Assembly (NCBI RefSeq): GCF_000008565.1
Contig: NC_001263.1
Location: 1,943,533-1,975,532 of the forward strand
Source: Deinococcus radiodurans R1 = ATCC 13939 = DSM 20539
GTDB taxonomy: Bacteria > Deinococcota > Deinococci > Deinococcales > Deinococcaceae
Length of the DNA: 32,000 nt
Reading direction: 5' to 3'
The position numbers were made by a program, and so were the translations under genes. The number at the start of each line of letters is the position of its first letter. The stretch's first letter is position 1. Shown piece after piece: positions 18,805 to 28,750 of this stretch. Under the pieces are notes generated by a model. The model made no database searches, was not told the origin of the DNA, and worked only from the letters and a program-made list of their open reading frames with translations.

Positions 18805-19992
18805 ATGGCATTTCTTTCTTCCCTGTTTCTGTCGGCGGCGCTGTTTTCATCGGCGGGTCTGGCGGGCGGCGCGGCTCCGGCTCCCCAAGCCCCTGCCCTA
18901 CCAGCCAACCTGACGACCCGGACCTGGGTGCTCACCGACCTCGCCCCCGGTGGCAAGCTGCGCCGGGTGACGGGCGAACGACCCACCCTGACCTGGACCG
19001 TGCAGCCCGGCGGCCTGCAACTGAGCGGCAGCACCGGCTGCAACACCTACCGGGGGCCGGCGACGGTCACGGGCCAGCAATTGAAAGTTTCCGCGCTGGC
19101 GACCACCCGGCGCGGCTGCGCACCCACTCAGGCCCAGCAGGAAAACGACTTTCTGACCCTGCTGCGCGGCGCCAGCCACTACCGCCTCAGCGGGCAAACC
19201 CTGACGGTGTACGCGGCGAGCACCGCCCGCCTGGTCTTCACCGCGGCCCCCGGAGGTTCCATGACCACCCCGTCCAACACGCCTGCTGGGGCCAACACGC
19301 CCACCGGCACGACGCTGAAGGCCGCGCAACTCGCGGGCGACTGGCAACTCACCGACCTGCGTGAGGGCGGTCAGGCGGTCACCCTGCCCGCCGACGCGCC
19401 CTTTACCTTCACCGCGAGCGGCACGAACACCCTGCGCCTGAGCGGGATGGCCGGCTGCAACCGCTTGATGGGCGAAGTGACCCTCAGCGGCGCAGGCCTT
19501 ACCTTCGGTCCCCTCGCCGCCACCCGGATGGCCTGCGAGGACATGACCGCCGAGCAGGCCCTATCCCGCGTCCTGCAAGGATCCGGGCAAGTCACCCTCA
19601 AGGGCGACACCCTCACCTGGCACCGCAGCGGGGGCGAAGTCGTCCTGACGCGACGTGCTCCGGCGGCCACCACTGCCGACCTCAGCGGCAGCTACCGCCT
19701 GCTGAGCGTGAACGGCACCGCTGCCGACGCCCGCCGCACTGTAAGCCTCACCTTCAAGGCGGGGCAGGTCGGAGGCTTCGACGGCTGCAACAGCTTCGGC
19801 GGCGAGTACAGCCTCGACAAGGCGGGGCATCTGACGGCGGGCAACCTCGTCACCACTCTGCGCGCCTGCCCTGACCAGCTGGACCAGCCCATCCTGACGG
19901 CGCTGCTCGGTCAGGCGCCGACGGTGCAGCTCCGGGGCCGAACCCTGACGCTGGACGCTGGCGGGGAACGGTGGGTATTCGAGCGGGAATAA
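18805..19992 (+). CDS. Secreted protein with three META (HslJ-like) domains
   Basis: Signal-like N-terminus MAFLSSLFLSAALFSSAGLAGG. Three repeats centred on GCNTYRG, GCNRLMG and GCNSFGG. The longest ORF starts at 18781. Confidence 0.75.
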   Translation: MAFLSSLFLSAALFSSAGLAGGAAPAPQAPALPANLTTRTWVLTDLAPGGKLRRVTGERPTLTWTVQPGGLQLSGSTGCNTYRGPATVTGQQLKVSALATTRRGCAPTQAQQENDFLTLLRGASHYRLSGQTLTVYAASTARLVFTAAPGGSMTTPSNTPAGANTPTGTTLKAAQLAGDWQLTDLREGGQAVTLPADAPFTFTASGTNTLRLSGMAGCNRLMGEVTLSGAGLTFGPLAATRMACEDMTAEQALSRVLQGSGQVTLKGDTLTWHRSGGEVVLTRRAPAATTADLSGSYRLLSVNGTAADARRTVSLTFKAGQVGGFDGCNSFGGEYSLDKAGHLTAGNLVTTLRACPDQLDQPILTALLGQAPTVQLRGRTLTLDAGGERWVFERE

Positions 19993-20002
19993 TTTCAGTA
20001 AG

Positions 20003-20040
20003 AAAAAGGGGCCGGAGAAATCAAATCTCCGGCCCCTTTT
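20003..20040. terminator. Bidirectional rho-independent terminator between the convergent META-domain gene and fabF
   Basis: aaaaa-ggggccggaga (20008-20018), 7-nt loop, tctccggcccc (20026-20036), then tttt. Confidence 0.8.
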
Positions 20041-20057
20041 CTAGTCCAGTGTCGCGC

Positions 20058-21299
<1,242 letters not shown>

Positions 21300-21364
21300 G
21301 TCGTCTCCTTTTGAAGTCCCAAATTGAACATTGAAAGCCCACATTGAACGTGAGTTGAACGCTC

Positions 21365-21397
21365 AAAAAAAGCGGAACACGGAGGGTCAACCCCCGC
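21365..21397 (-). terminator. Possible attenuator/terminator between acpP and fabF
   Basis: On the minus strand an imperfect GC hairpin (21372-21397) is followed by a run of 7 T (21365-21371). Confidence 0.35.
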
Positions 21398-21430
21398 GCC
21401 CCGCCTCAAAACCACGCCAAGGGGCGCGTT

Positions 21431-21661
21431 TTACTGGTTGTTGTCGATGTAGTCGACCGCGGCCTGCACGGTGCGGATGGTTTCGGCGGCTTCGTCGGGA
21501 ATGGTCACGCCGAATTTGTCTTCCAGGCCCATGATCAGTTCCACGGTTTCCAGGCTGTCGGCGCCGAGGTCTTCCACGAAGCGGGCTTCGGGGGTCACCT
21601 TGCCTTCGTCCACACCGAGCTTGTCCACAATCACATCTTTCACGTCATCAAAAGTCGCCAT
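21431..21661 (-). CDS. acpP: Acyl carrier protein
   Basis: 76 aa from ATG 21661, with AGGAGG upstream. Phosphopantetheine attachment motif [11 protein letters not shown]. Confidence 0.95.
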   Translation of the reverse strand: MATFDDVKDVIVDKLGVDEGKVTPEARFVEDLGADSLETVELIMGLEDKFGVTIPDEAAETIRTVQAAVDYIDNNQ

Positions 21662-21759
21662 TACCAAATTCCTCCTGAAACTGAAGTGCCCGCAGTGTAC
21701 ACGCCGGGCAGAAGCGGGGGCGCAAGGCTGAACGGGGTGCAACGAGCCGCCCGCTTCCG

Positions 21760-22524
21760 TCAATTCGGGTTCATACCGCCGTCCACCCCGATGGTCTGCC
21801 CAGTGATGTACCCGGCGCCCTCCGAGGCGAGAAAGGCGACCAGCGCGGCGACTTCTTCGGGCTGCCCGAAGCGGGCCAGCGGAATATTCGCCTGATACTG
21901 CTTTTTAGTGTCCTCAGGCAGCTTCGCGGTCATGTCCGACTCGATAAAGCCCGGCGCAATCGCGTTGACGGTGATGCCGCGCCCGCCGTATTCCTTGGCG
22001 AGGGCGCGGGTCAGGCCGATGAGGCCCGCCTTGCTCGCCACGTAGTTGGCCTGACCGGGGTTCCCGGCGAGGGCGACCACGCTCGAAACGTTGACGATGC
22101 GCCCGCTGCGATTCTTCATCATGTGCTTGAGGGCGGCGCGGCAGGCGGCGAAGGCGCTCGACAGGTTGGTTTGCAGCACGGCGTCCCAGTCCTCGTCCTT
22201 CATGCGAATGGCGAGGCCGTCGCGGGTAATGCCGGCGTTGTTCACCAGCACGTCGAGGCGGCCCAGCGCGGCGATCACGTCCTCGACGAGTGTTCCGGCG
22301 TTGGCGGGCTGCGAGAGGTCGGCACCAAAGACCTGCGCCGCGCCGCCCGCCGCCCGGATGTCTGCGGCGACCTGCTGCGCCTCGGCTTCTCCCCGGCCAT
22401 AGTGAACGGCCACCGTGAAGCCGTCCTGGGCGAGTCGCAGGGCCATGGCCCGGCCCAGACCCCGGCTCGAACCAGTAACGAGGGCGACGCGGGCGGGAGC
22501 GGGAGAAATTTCGTTGTGGGTCAT
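21760..22524 (-). CDS. fabG: 3-oxoacyl-ACP reductase
   Basis: SDR with [12 protein letters not shown] and YVASK, in the fab operon context. Confidence 0.9.
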   Translation of the reverse strand: MTHNEISPAPARVALVTGSSRGLGRAMALRLAQDGFTVAVHYGRGEAEAQQVAADIRAAGGAAQVFGADLSQPANAGTLVEDVIAALGRLDVLVNNAGITRDGLAIRMKDEDWDAVLQTNLSSAFAACRAALKHMMKNRSGRIVNVSSVVALAGNPGQANYVASKAGLIGLTRALAKEYGGRGITVNAIAPGFIESDMTAKLPEDTKKQYQANIPLARFGQPEEVAALVAFLASEGAGYITGQTIGVDGGMNPN

Positions 22525-22556
22525 GACTTTCCTTTCGGGGGGTGAAGCTCAGACGC

Positions 22557-22973
22557 TCAGCGGGCGGACGTCAGCGTGAGGTGCCACGCCCGCGCCACGG
22601 ACAGACGCTCGCCGCCGGTGGCCGTTTCGAGGGCACAGGTCCAGATGTTGGCGGAGCGCTGGCACATCAGGTCGTAGACCTTTTGGCCGCCGCTGAGCAG
22701 CTGCGCGTCCGCCCGCTGGCCCACCTGCTGCCCGCGCACCTCGAACGTGCCCGCCTGATTCCAGGCCAGCTCCGGAAAAACGGCCTGGCCGCGCAGTTGT
22801 TCGCCGTCTTGCACCAACGTCAGCCGCAGGGCCGGAGCCGCTTCCCGCACGCTGGCGGTCCATTCGCCGGTCAGCGTGCGCGGCATCTGCTGCGACGTGA
22901 CCGGAGGCTCAGATACGGCAGAGCCGCAGGACGCGAGGAGGGGAAGCAGCGTGAGGACAACGAGGCGTTTCAT
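22557..22973 (-). CDS. Lipoprotein of unknown function embedded in the fab operon
   Basis: MKRLVVLTLLPLLASC is a signal peptide with lipobox LASC. 138 aa. I recognise no family. Confidence 0.6.
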   Translation of the reverse strand: MKRLVVLTLLPLLASCGSAVSEPPVTSQQMPRTLTGEWTASVREAAPALRLTLVQDGEQLRGQAVFPELAWNQAGTFEVRGQQVGQRADAQLLSGGQKVYDLMCQRSANIWTCALETATGGERLSVARAWHLTLTSAR

Positions 22974-22993
22974 AGCACCGCTTATTCTGGGCT

Positions 22994-23911
22994 TCAGAGG
23001 GCAAAAGCCCGCACCTGTTCGGTTGAGCCGACATTTAGGGTTCGGGCGCCGGGCACAATGCGTTTGACCAGTCCGCTCAGCACGCTGCCGGGGCCAAATT
23101 CGATGAAAACCTCGGTCCCGAGTTCGGCCAGCGTCTGCACCGTCTCGACCCAGCGCACGCTGCCGGTGATTTGACGTTCGAGCAGGTCGGCGGTGTGGGT
23201 GGGGCTGTCCACCAACTCGGCGCTCACGTTGGCGACCACTGGAAACAGGTAGGGGCCGTAAGCGGCGGCGTGCAACTCGGCGGACAGCCCCTCGGCGGCG
23301 GGGCGCATCAGGGCGCAGTGGAACGGGGCAGACACCTTGAGCGGGATGGCCTTGAGGCCGCGCGTCTTGAGTTCGGCGCTGGCGGCGTCCACAGCGGCTT
23401 TTTCACCTGAGATGACCGTCTGGGTGGGCGCGTTGAAGTTGGCGGGCTGCACGACGCCAGCTTGCGCGGCGCAGACTTCGGCCACCACCGCCGGGTCGCC
23501 CATCACCGCGCTCATGGCACCGACGCCTTCGGGCACGGCCTGCTGCATCAGCTCGCCGCGCTTGCGGGTCAGGCGCAGCGCGTCTTCCAGCGTCAGCACG
23601 CCCGCCGCCACCAGCGCCGAGTATTCGCCCAGCGAGTGCCCGGCGGCCACCATCGGCGTCAGGCCGGTGTGCGCCTGCCACGCCCGGTAGGCCGCCACCG
23701 ACGCGGCGACGAGCGCAGGCTGCTGGTTGGCAGTGCGGGTGAGGTCGTCGAGCGGGCCTCCCTCAATCAGCGAACGCAGGCCGGGCAGCGTGGCGTCCAG
23801 GGCCGCGTAGGTCTCCCCCGCCTGCGGAAACTCGCCTGCCAGGTCCGCGCCCATGCCGACGGCGTGCGAACCCTGACCGGGAAACAACGCGGCAATCTTG
23901 GAAGCGCTCAA
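22994..23911 (-). CDS. fabD: Malonyl CoA-ACP transacylase
   Basis: 305 aa from TTG 23911, which overlaps the fabH TGA stop (TTGA). FPGQGSH and active-site GHSLGEY. The 534-aa track ORF is an out-of-context upstream extension through fabH. Confidence 0.9.
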   Translation of the reverse strand: MSASKIAALFPGQGSHAVGMGADLAGEFPQAGETYAALDATLPGLRSLIEGGPLDDLTRTANQQPALVAASVAAYRAWQAHTGLTPMVAAGHSLGEYSALVAAGVLTLEDALRLTRKRGELMQQAVPEGVGAMSAVMGDPAVVAEVCAAQAGVVQPANFNAPTQTVISGEKAAVDAASAELKTRGLKAIPLKVSAPFHCALMRPAAEGLSAELHAAAYGPYLFPVVANVSAELVDSPTHTADLLERQITGSVRWVETVQTLAELGTEVFIEFGPGSVLSGLVKRIVPGARTLNVGSTEQVRAFAL

Positions 23912-24933
23912 GCGGGCACCTCCGCCGGCTGCGCGACCTGCGCGTGCAGCGAAGGCCGCCCGCCCCACCACTTCATCGTGCAGGCGGCCCAGCTCAGCCC
24001 GCCGCCGAAGACGACCATCAGCAGTTGCTGGCCGCCCTGAATGCGCCCGTCGTTGACCGCCTCGTACAGCGCGAGCGGCACGGTTCCGGCGCTGGTGTTG
24101 CCGTAGCGGTCGAGGTTGATGACGGTTTTTTCCATCGGAATCCCGAAGCGCTGGGTGGCGGCCTCGATGATGCGGATGTTGGCCTGGTGGGGAATCAGCC
24201 AGTCCACGTCGGCGTTGCTCAGGCCCGACTTTTGCAGCGCCTGGGTGCCCGAGTCGCCCAGCACCCGCACGGCGAACTTGAACACCTCGCGCCCGTTCAT
24301 GGTGGGAACGCCGCGCATGATCTGGCCGTCGGGAAACTGGTCGGCGAGGTTGGAGATGTACAGCGCCGGCCCGCCCGCCGAGTCCGCGCCGAGCACGAAG
24401 TCCTGAAAGCCGTATCCGGCGGGCACCTCGCCCACCACCGCGCAGCCGCAGCCGTCGCCGAAAAGGATGGCGGTGTCGCGGTCGTCCTGGTCGAGCGCCT
24501 TGCTCAGGACCTCGCCGCCGAGGACCAGCACGTTTTTCGCGCTGCCGCCCAGAATCATGCCGCGCGCCATGCTCAGCGCGTAGACAAAGCCGCTGCACGC
24601 GGTAGACAGGTCATAGGCGCCCACCCCGGTCAGCCCGACCTGCCCGGCGACAAGCGCCGCCGTGGAGGGAAACATGGCGTCGGGGGTGCAGGTGGCGTAG
24701 ATGACGAGGTCCACGTCTTTCAGCGCGTCCGGGTCACGCGCGAGCATGTCCTGCACGGCCTTCGCGCCGATGTGACTGGCGAACTCGCCGGGGGCGGAAA
24801 AACGGCGCTCGCGGATGCCGGAGCGCGACTCGATCCAGCCGTCCTCGATGCCCATGCGCGACTCGAATTCGTGGTTGTGAACGACCCGCTCGGGCACGTA
24901 CATGCCGATGGCGGTAATGCCGATGGATTTCAT
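23908..24933 (-). CDS. fabH: 3-oxoacyl-ACP synthase III (copy 1)
   Basis: 341 aa with ACSGF (Cys), HQANIRI (His) and GNTSAG (Asn) motifs. Confidence 0.93.
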   Translation of the reverse strand: MKSIGITAIGMYVPERVVHNHEFESRMGIEDGWIESRSGIRERRFSAPGEFASHIGAKAVQDMLARDPDALKDVDLVIYATCTPDAMFPSTAALVAGQVGLTGVGAYDLSTACSGFVYALSMARGMILGGSAKNVLVLGGEVLSKALDQDDRDTAILFGDGCGCAVVGEVPAGYGFQDFVLGADSAGGPALYISNLADQFPDGQIMRGVPTMNGREVFKFAVRVLGDSGTQALQKSGLSNADVDWLIPHQANIRIIEAATQRFGIPMEKTVINLDRYGNTSAGTVPLALYEAVNDGRIQGGQQLLMVVFGGGLSWAACTMKWWGGRPSLHAQVAQPAEVPA

Positions 24934-24975
24934 TGGGGGCAGGCTAGCACTCCGCTTCGCCGCGCTCCGGGAGGC

Positions 24976-24988
24976 TGAACCGGGTTCA
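24976..24988. promoter_or_regulatory. Palindrome TGAACC-G-GGTTCA upstream of fabH copy 1, candidate operator
   Basis: Perfect 6-1-6 inverted repeat 43-55 nt upstream of ATG 24933. The 15-mer ctgaaccgggttcaa is identical to 26079-26093. Confidence 0.5.
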
Positions 24989-25011
24989 AATGTCGCACGA
25001 AGGCGGGGCGG

Positions 25012-26028
25012 TCAGGACGACTGTTTCCCAGTAGGCCCGCTCCACCACTTCAGCGCCGCCGCTCCCCAGCTCAGGCCACCGCCGAAACCGGCGAGCAGCA
25101 GTTGGTCGCCGTCTTTGAAGCGGCCCTGCGCCTGGGCCTCGGCCAGGGCCAGCGGAATACTCGCCGCGCTGGTGTTGCCGTAGCGGTCGAGATTGGTCAC
25201 CGCCCGCTCGATAGGCAGCCCGAAGCGCTCGCAGGCGGCCTCAATGATGCGGATATTGGCCTGATGGGGAACGAGCCAGTCGATGTCGGCAGTGGTTTTG
25301 CCCGCCTGCCGCATGGCCTGCTCGGCGCTGTCGCCCAGGGTACGGACGGCGAACTTGAAGACCTCGCGCCCGTTTTGCGTCAGGTGCGGCCCCATTTCCG
25401 TGCCCTCGGGCAGCCGCAGCGCCGCGCCGCGCAGGTAGAGGTGCGGCCCGCCCGCGCTGTCGGCACCCAGCACAAAGGACTGAAAACCGTAGCCTTGCGG
25501 CACTTCCCCGATCACCACGCAGCCCGCGCCGTCACCGAAGAGGATGGCGGTGTTGCGGTCGTTCTGGTCCACCGCGCCGCTCATCACCTCGCTGCCGACA
25601 ATCAATGCTTTTTTCGCCAGCCCGGCCCGGATCATGCCGTAGCCCACGCTCAGGGCGTACAGAAAGCCGCTGCACGCCACGCTCACGTCGAAGGCGGCGG
25701 CCCCGCGCAGGCCCGTGCCCCCGGCGATCAGCGCCGCCGTGGAGGGAAACATGGCGTCGGGGCTGCTCGTCGCGCAGATCACCAGGTTCACGCCGTCCAA
25801 GGCGCCAGGGAAGCGCCCGGCGAGGTCCTGCGTCGCCCGGATGCCGAGCACGCTGCTGCTCTCGTCGGGAGCCGCGTGGCGCCGCTCGCGGATGCCGGTG
25901 CGCGAGGTGATCCAGTCGTCGGAGGTGTCGAGGCGCGTCGCGTAGTGGGCGTTGGTGATCACTGCCGCCGGGGCGTAGGCGCCCACCGCCAGGATGCCGA
26001 TGGCAGGCGCAGAAAGGGATGCCGTCAT
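25012..26028 (-). CDS. fabH: 3-oxoacyl-ACP synthase III paralog (copy 2)
   Basis: 338 aa from ATG 26028, with ACSGF, HQANIRI and GNTSAA motifs. The track ORF start at 26151 adds a non-homologous leader. Confidence 0.9.
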   Translation of the reverse strand: MTASLSAPAIGILAVGAYAPAAVITNAHYATRLDTSDDWITSRTGIRERRHAAPDESSSVLGIRATQDLAGRFPGALDGVNLVICATSSPDAMFPSTAALIAGGTGLRGAAAFDVSVACSGFLYALSVGYGMIRAGLAKKALIVGSEVMSGAVDQNDRNTAILFGDGAGCVVIGEVPQGYGFQSFVLGADSAGGPHLYLRGAALRLPEGTEMGPHLTQNGREVFKFAVRTLGDSAEQAMRQAGKTTADIDWLVPHQANIRIIEAACERFGLPIERAVTNLDRYGNTSAASIPLALAEAQAQGRFKDGDQLLLAGFGGGLSWGAAALKWWSGPTGKQSS

Positions 26029-26079
26029 GACGTGACCGTAACACCTGCCCGGCCCGCCCGACAGGAAAATGGGGCTGTC

Positions 26080-26092
26080 TGAACCGGGTTCA
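26080..26092. promoter_or_regulatory. Palindrome TGAACC-G-GGTTCA upstream of fabH copy 2, candidate operator
   Basis: Same 13-bp palindrome, 52-64 nt upstream of ATG 26028. Confidence 0.5.
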
Positions 26093-26161
26093 AGGGCGCT
26101 ACCCACCCGCAAAAGAAAAAGGCGCATCCCGCAGGACACGCCTCTCCCCACTTGAACAGCC

Positions 26162-27559
26162 TTATTCGGACTGCTGCTCGCCTTCGCTCTGAGCCGTTTC
26201 GGTCTGGCCCGCGTCGTTCTGAGCGGTTTCAGTCTGGGCAGGCTCGCTCTGCTCGGTGCCCGCAGCTTCGGTGCCGGTCGCTTTGGGGCTGGCCGCTTCG
26301 GTGCTCTGGCCTTCGCCGCTGAGCTGGGCGAGGGCCCGCTGGAGGCCGCGTTCGCGCAGCAGGCTGATGTAGTACGACTGCACGCCGTCCTGGCCGAGCT
26401 GCTGCACGAGCTGCTGCACGTTCATGCCGTTGGCCTGGGCGAGGTTCATCAGGGTCTGGTTGAACTCGGCCTCGTTCACCTGCGCGTTCAGGTCGGTGGC
26501 GAGCTGCTCGAGGGCGAGGTCACGGCGCACGCGGGTTTCGGCGTTCTTGGTGAGGTCGGCCTCGAACTCGTCGAGCTTGCCCTGCTCCTGCATGAAGGCT
26601 TCGTATTCCTTCCACTGCACGCCCTGGCGGCGCAGGTCGTCCTGAATTTCGCTCATCATGCCTTCGCGGCGGCGGTCGATCAGGGCCTGGGGAATCTCGA
26701 CGGTCATGCCTTCCACGAGGTGGCCCACGAGTTCCTCGCGGCGCAGGTTGTCGCCTTCCTGCTGAGCGCGGCGCTCGAGTTCCTCACGCAGGTCGGTGCG
26801 CAGCTTGTCCATCGACTCGTAGTTCAGGCTGGTCGCGAACTCGTCGTTCAGGTCCTGAAGCTTCTTGCTGCTCACTTCGACGACCTTCACGCGCACGGTG
26901 TGCTCGGCGTGCTCGTGGTCGCCGTGCTGGTGGGCGGGCACGGTAATGTCCACCACGTCGCCCGCGCTCTTGCCGAGCAGGGCGTTGCGGACGTGCTCTT
27001 CGGCCATGTCGAGGTAGATGGGGTAGCTGCCGCCTTCCTCGCTGTCCCCCTCGCCGAGTTCCTGGATGGTCACCTGGTCGGCAGCTTCGATGGGACGCTC
27101 GGCCTTCTCGAACGAGGCGTTGCGCTCGCGCAGGTCGCTGAGGGTCTGCTCGAGCACCTCGTCGGTGATTTCGGGCGCCTGGGCGCTGACCTTGAGGCCC
27201 TGCCAGTCTCCGAGCTTGACTTCGGGGTAGGTTTCGCCCTTGACGGTGAACTCGAACGCCTGGCCGCTCTGCACGTCCTGGGGATCGACGGTGGCGTCCA
27301 CGAGGTTGAGCCCCAGCTCGCGCAGGCCCTGCGAGTAGTGGGTTTCGAGCAGGCGGTCGCGCACCTGCGACTCCACGTAGCCCTTGCCCACGCGGTTCTC
27401 GATCACCTTGCGCGGCGCCTTGCCGGGGCGGAACCCGGGCACGCGCACGTCACGGGCGAGGCCCGCCCACACCTGGTCATAGGCGCGGTTCACTTCGGCG
27501 GCGGGCACCGACACCTTGAACTCGACCTTGTTGCCTTCCTTGCTGATCAGCTCTGCCAT
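26162..27559 (-). CDS. tig: Trigger factor (ribosome-associated chaperone / PPIase)
   Basis: N-terminal ribosome-binding signature GFRPGKAP. 465 aa with a low-complexity acidic T/E/Q-rich C-terminal tail. Confidence 0.9.
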   Translation of the reverse strand: MAELISKEGNKVEFKVSVPAAEVNRAYDQVWAGLARDVRVPGFRPGKAPRKVIENRVGKGYVESQVRDRLLETHYSQGLRELGLNLVDATVDPQDVQSGQAFEFTVKGETYPEVKLGDWQGLKVSAQAPEITDEVLEQTLSDLRERNASFEKAERPIEAADQVTIQELGEGDSEEGGSYPIYLDMAEEHVRNALLGKSAGDVVDITVPAHQHGDHEHAEHTVRVKVVEVSSKKLQDLNDEFATSLNYESMDKLRTDLREELERRAQQEGDNLRREELVGHLVEGMTVEIPQALIDRRREGMMSEIQDDLRRQGVQWKEYEAFMQEQGKLDEFEADLTKNAETRVRRDLALEQLATDLNAQVNEAEFNQTLMNLAQANGMNVQQLVQQLGQDGVQSYYISLLRERGLQRALAQLSGEGQSTEAASPKATGTEAAGTEQSEPAQTETAQNDAGQTETAQSEGEQQSE

Positions 27560-27762
27560 GAGTCTCCCATCTGGCCGCCCGGCTCCTCGCGCGGGCGGCG
27601 GTCCTTATCAGGTTGTGTTGTCGCCCTGTTGTGCCGGGCCGGGGTCCGAACCTGGACGACGCGGCGGGCGAGCGACAAGCCAACGGAGATGATACGGCTT
27701 TTCGCGCCACACATGCGAGCGCGGGCCGTCCGGGGGCTGACCGGCCCCGCTATGCTGCCCCC

Positions 27763-28401
27763 ATGACCGTTCCCTCCACCACTCCCGATTGGGCTTACGA
27801 GCGCGAGCACTGGCGGCGCGGGCACTTCCGGGTGGCGGGCGTAGACGAGGCCGGGCGCGGCGCGTGGGCGGGGCCGCTGACGGTGGCGGCGGTGATTTTG
27901 CCCGGCACGTCGCAGGAGTATCCCTTCCGCGACAGCAAGCAACTGAGCCCCGCCGCGCGTGAGGAATACGCCGCCGAGGTGCGCCGGGTCGCCGTCGCCT
28001 GGGCCGTGGAACACGCCTGGCCGGAGGAAATCGACCGACTGAACGTGCTGGGCGCCACCCACGCCGCCGCGCTGCGGGCGATTGCCCGGCTGGAGCCGCC
28101 GCCGCAGGCCCTGGTGACCGATTACCTGCGCCTGCGGGCCGACCTGCCGCTGAGCGCGCCCCCCAGAGCCGACGCCCTGAGCTACAGCGTGGCCGCCGCC
28201 AGCCTGCTTGCCAAAACCGAGCGTGACCGGCTGATGCGCGAGCTGGACGCCGAGTTTCCCGGCTACGGCTTCGCGGCGCACAAGGGCTACGGCGCTCCCG
28301 CCCACCGCGCCGCGCTGCGCGAACTGGGCGTCACCGAGCAGCACCGCCGCTCCTACGCGCCGATTCGGGCACTGCTGGCGGCGCCGGAGCCGCTGCTTTG
28401 A
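27763..28401 (+). CDS. rnhB: Ribonuclease HII
   Basis: 212 aa from ATG 27763. Catalytic GVDEAGRGAWAGPL and DSK motifs. The track ORF start at 27613 is an upstream extension. Confidence 0.9.
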   Translation: MTVPSTTPDWAYEREHWRRGHFRVAGVDEAGRGAWAGPLTVAAVILPGTSQEYPFRDSKQLSPAAREEYAAEVRRVAVAWAVEHAWPEEIDRLNVLGATHAAALRAIARLEPPPQALVTDYLRLRADLPLSAPPRADALSYSVAAASLLAKTERDRLMRELDAEFPGYGFAAHKGYGAPAHRAALRELGVTEQHRRSYAPIRALLAAPEPLL

Positions 28402-28428
28402 GGGCCGACATCTGGCAGACTCCGGCCC

Positions 28429-28740
28429 ATGAGTGAACGAGTGATGGCCGGACAGGTGGCGGAGATGCCCGCAGGCTTTCAGGGCGAAGTAAAGGTGGGC
28501 GGCGTGGGCGTGGTCGTCATCAACTACGAGGGCGAGTTCTACGCCCTGCGGAACAACTGCACGCACAAGGACTTTCCGCTGCTCGGCGGTGACGTGTCGA
28601 GCGGCAAAATCACCTGCGAAAAGCACGGCGGCAAATTTGAATTGACGACAGGAAAAGCGCGGGCGCTGCCTGCCGTCAAAGCGGTCAAGATTTATAAGAC
28701 TGAGGTGGAAGGCGGGGCGGTGTACGTCTCCGAACTCTGA
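28429..28740 (+). CDS. Rieske [2Fe-2S] ferredoxin-type small protein
   Basis: 103 aa with CTH ([10 protein letters not shown]) and CxxH ([10 protein letters not shown]) cluster ligands. Confidence 0.8.
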   Translation: MSERVMAGQVAEMPAGFQGEVKVGGVGVVVINYEGEFYALRNNCTHKDFPLLGGDVSSGKITCEKHGGKFELTTGKARALPAVKAVKIYKTEVEGGAVYVSEL

Positions 28741-28750
28741 ACGCAGGCGG

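Noticed and set aside
22994-24598. 534-aa ORF suggesting a much longer FabD
   Set aside because: The upstream 229 codons run out of frame through fabH and are Arg/Gly-rich junk. The FabD homology begins at the TTG at 23911, which overlaps the fabH stop.
25012-26151. N-terminal extension of fabH copy 2 to 26151, and similar extensions (27613 for rnhB, 21763 for acpP, 21344 for fabF, 31645 for padR)
   Set aside because: The extensions lack homology and an SD. The internal ATGs have good SDs and give family-typical N-termini.
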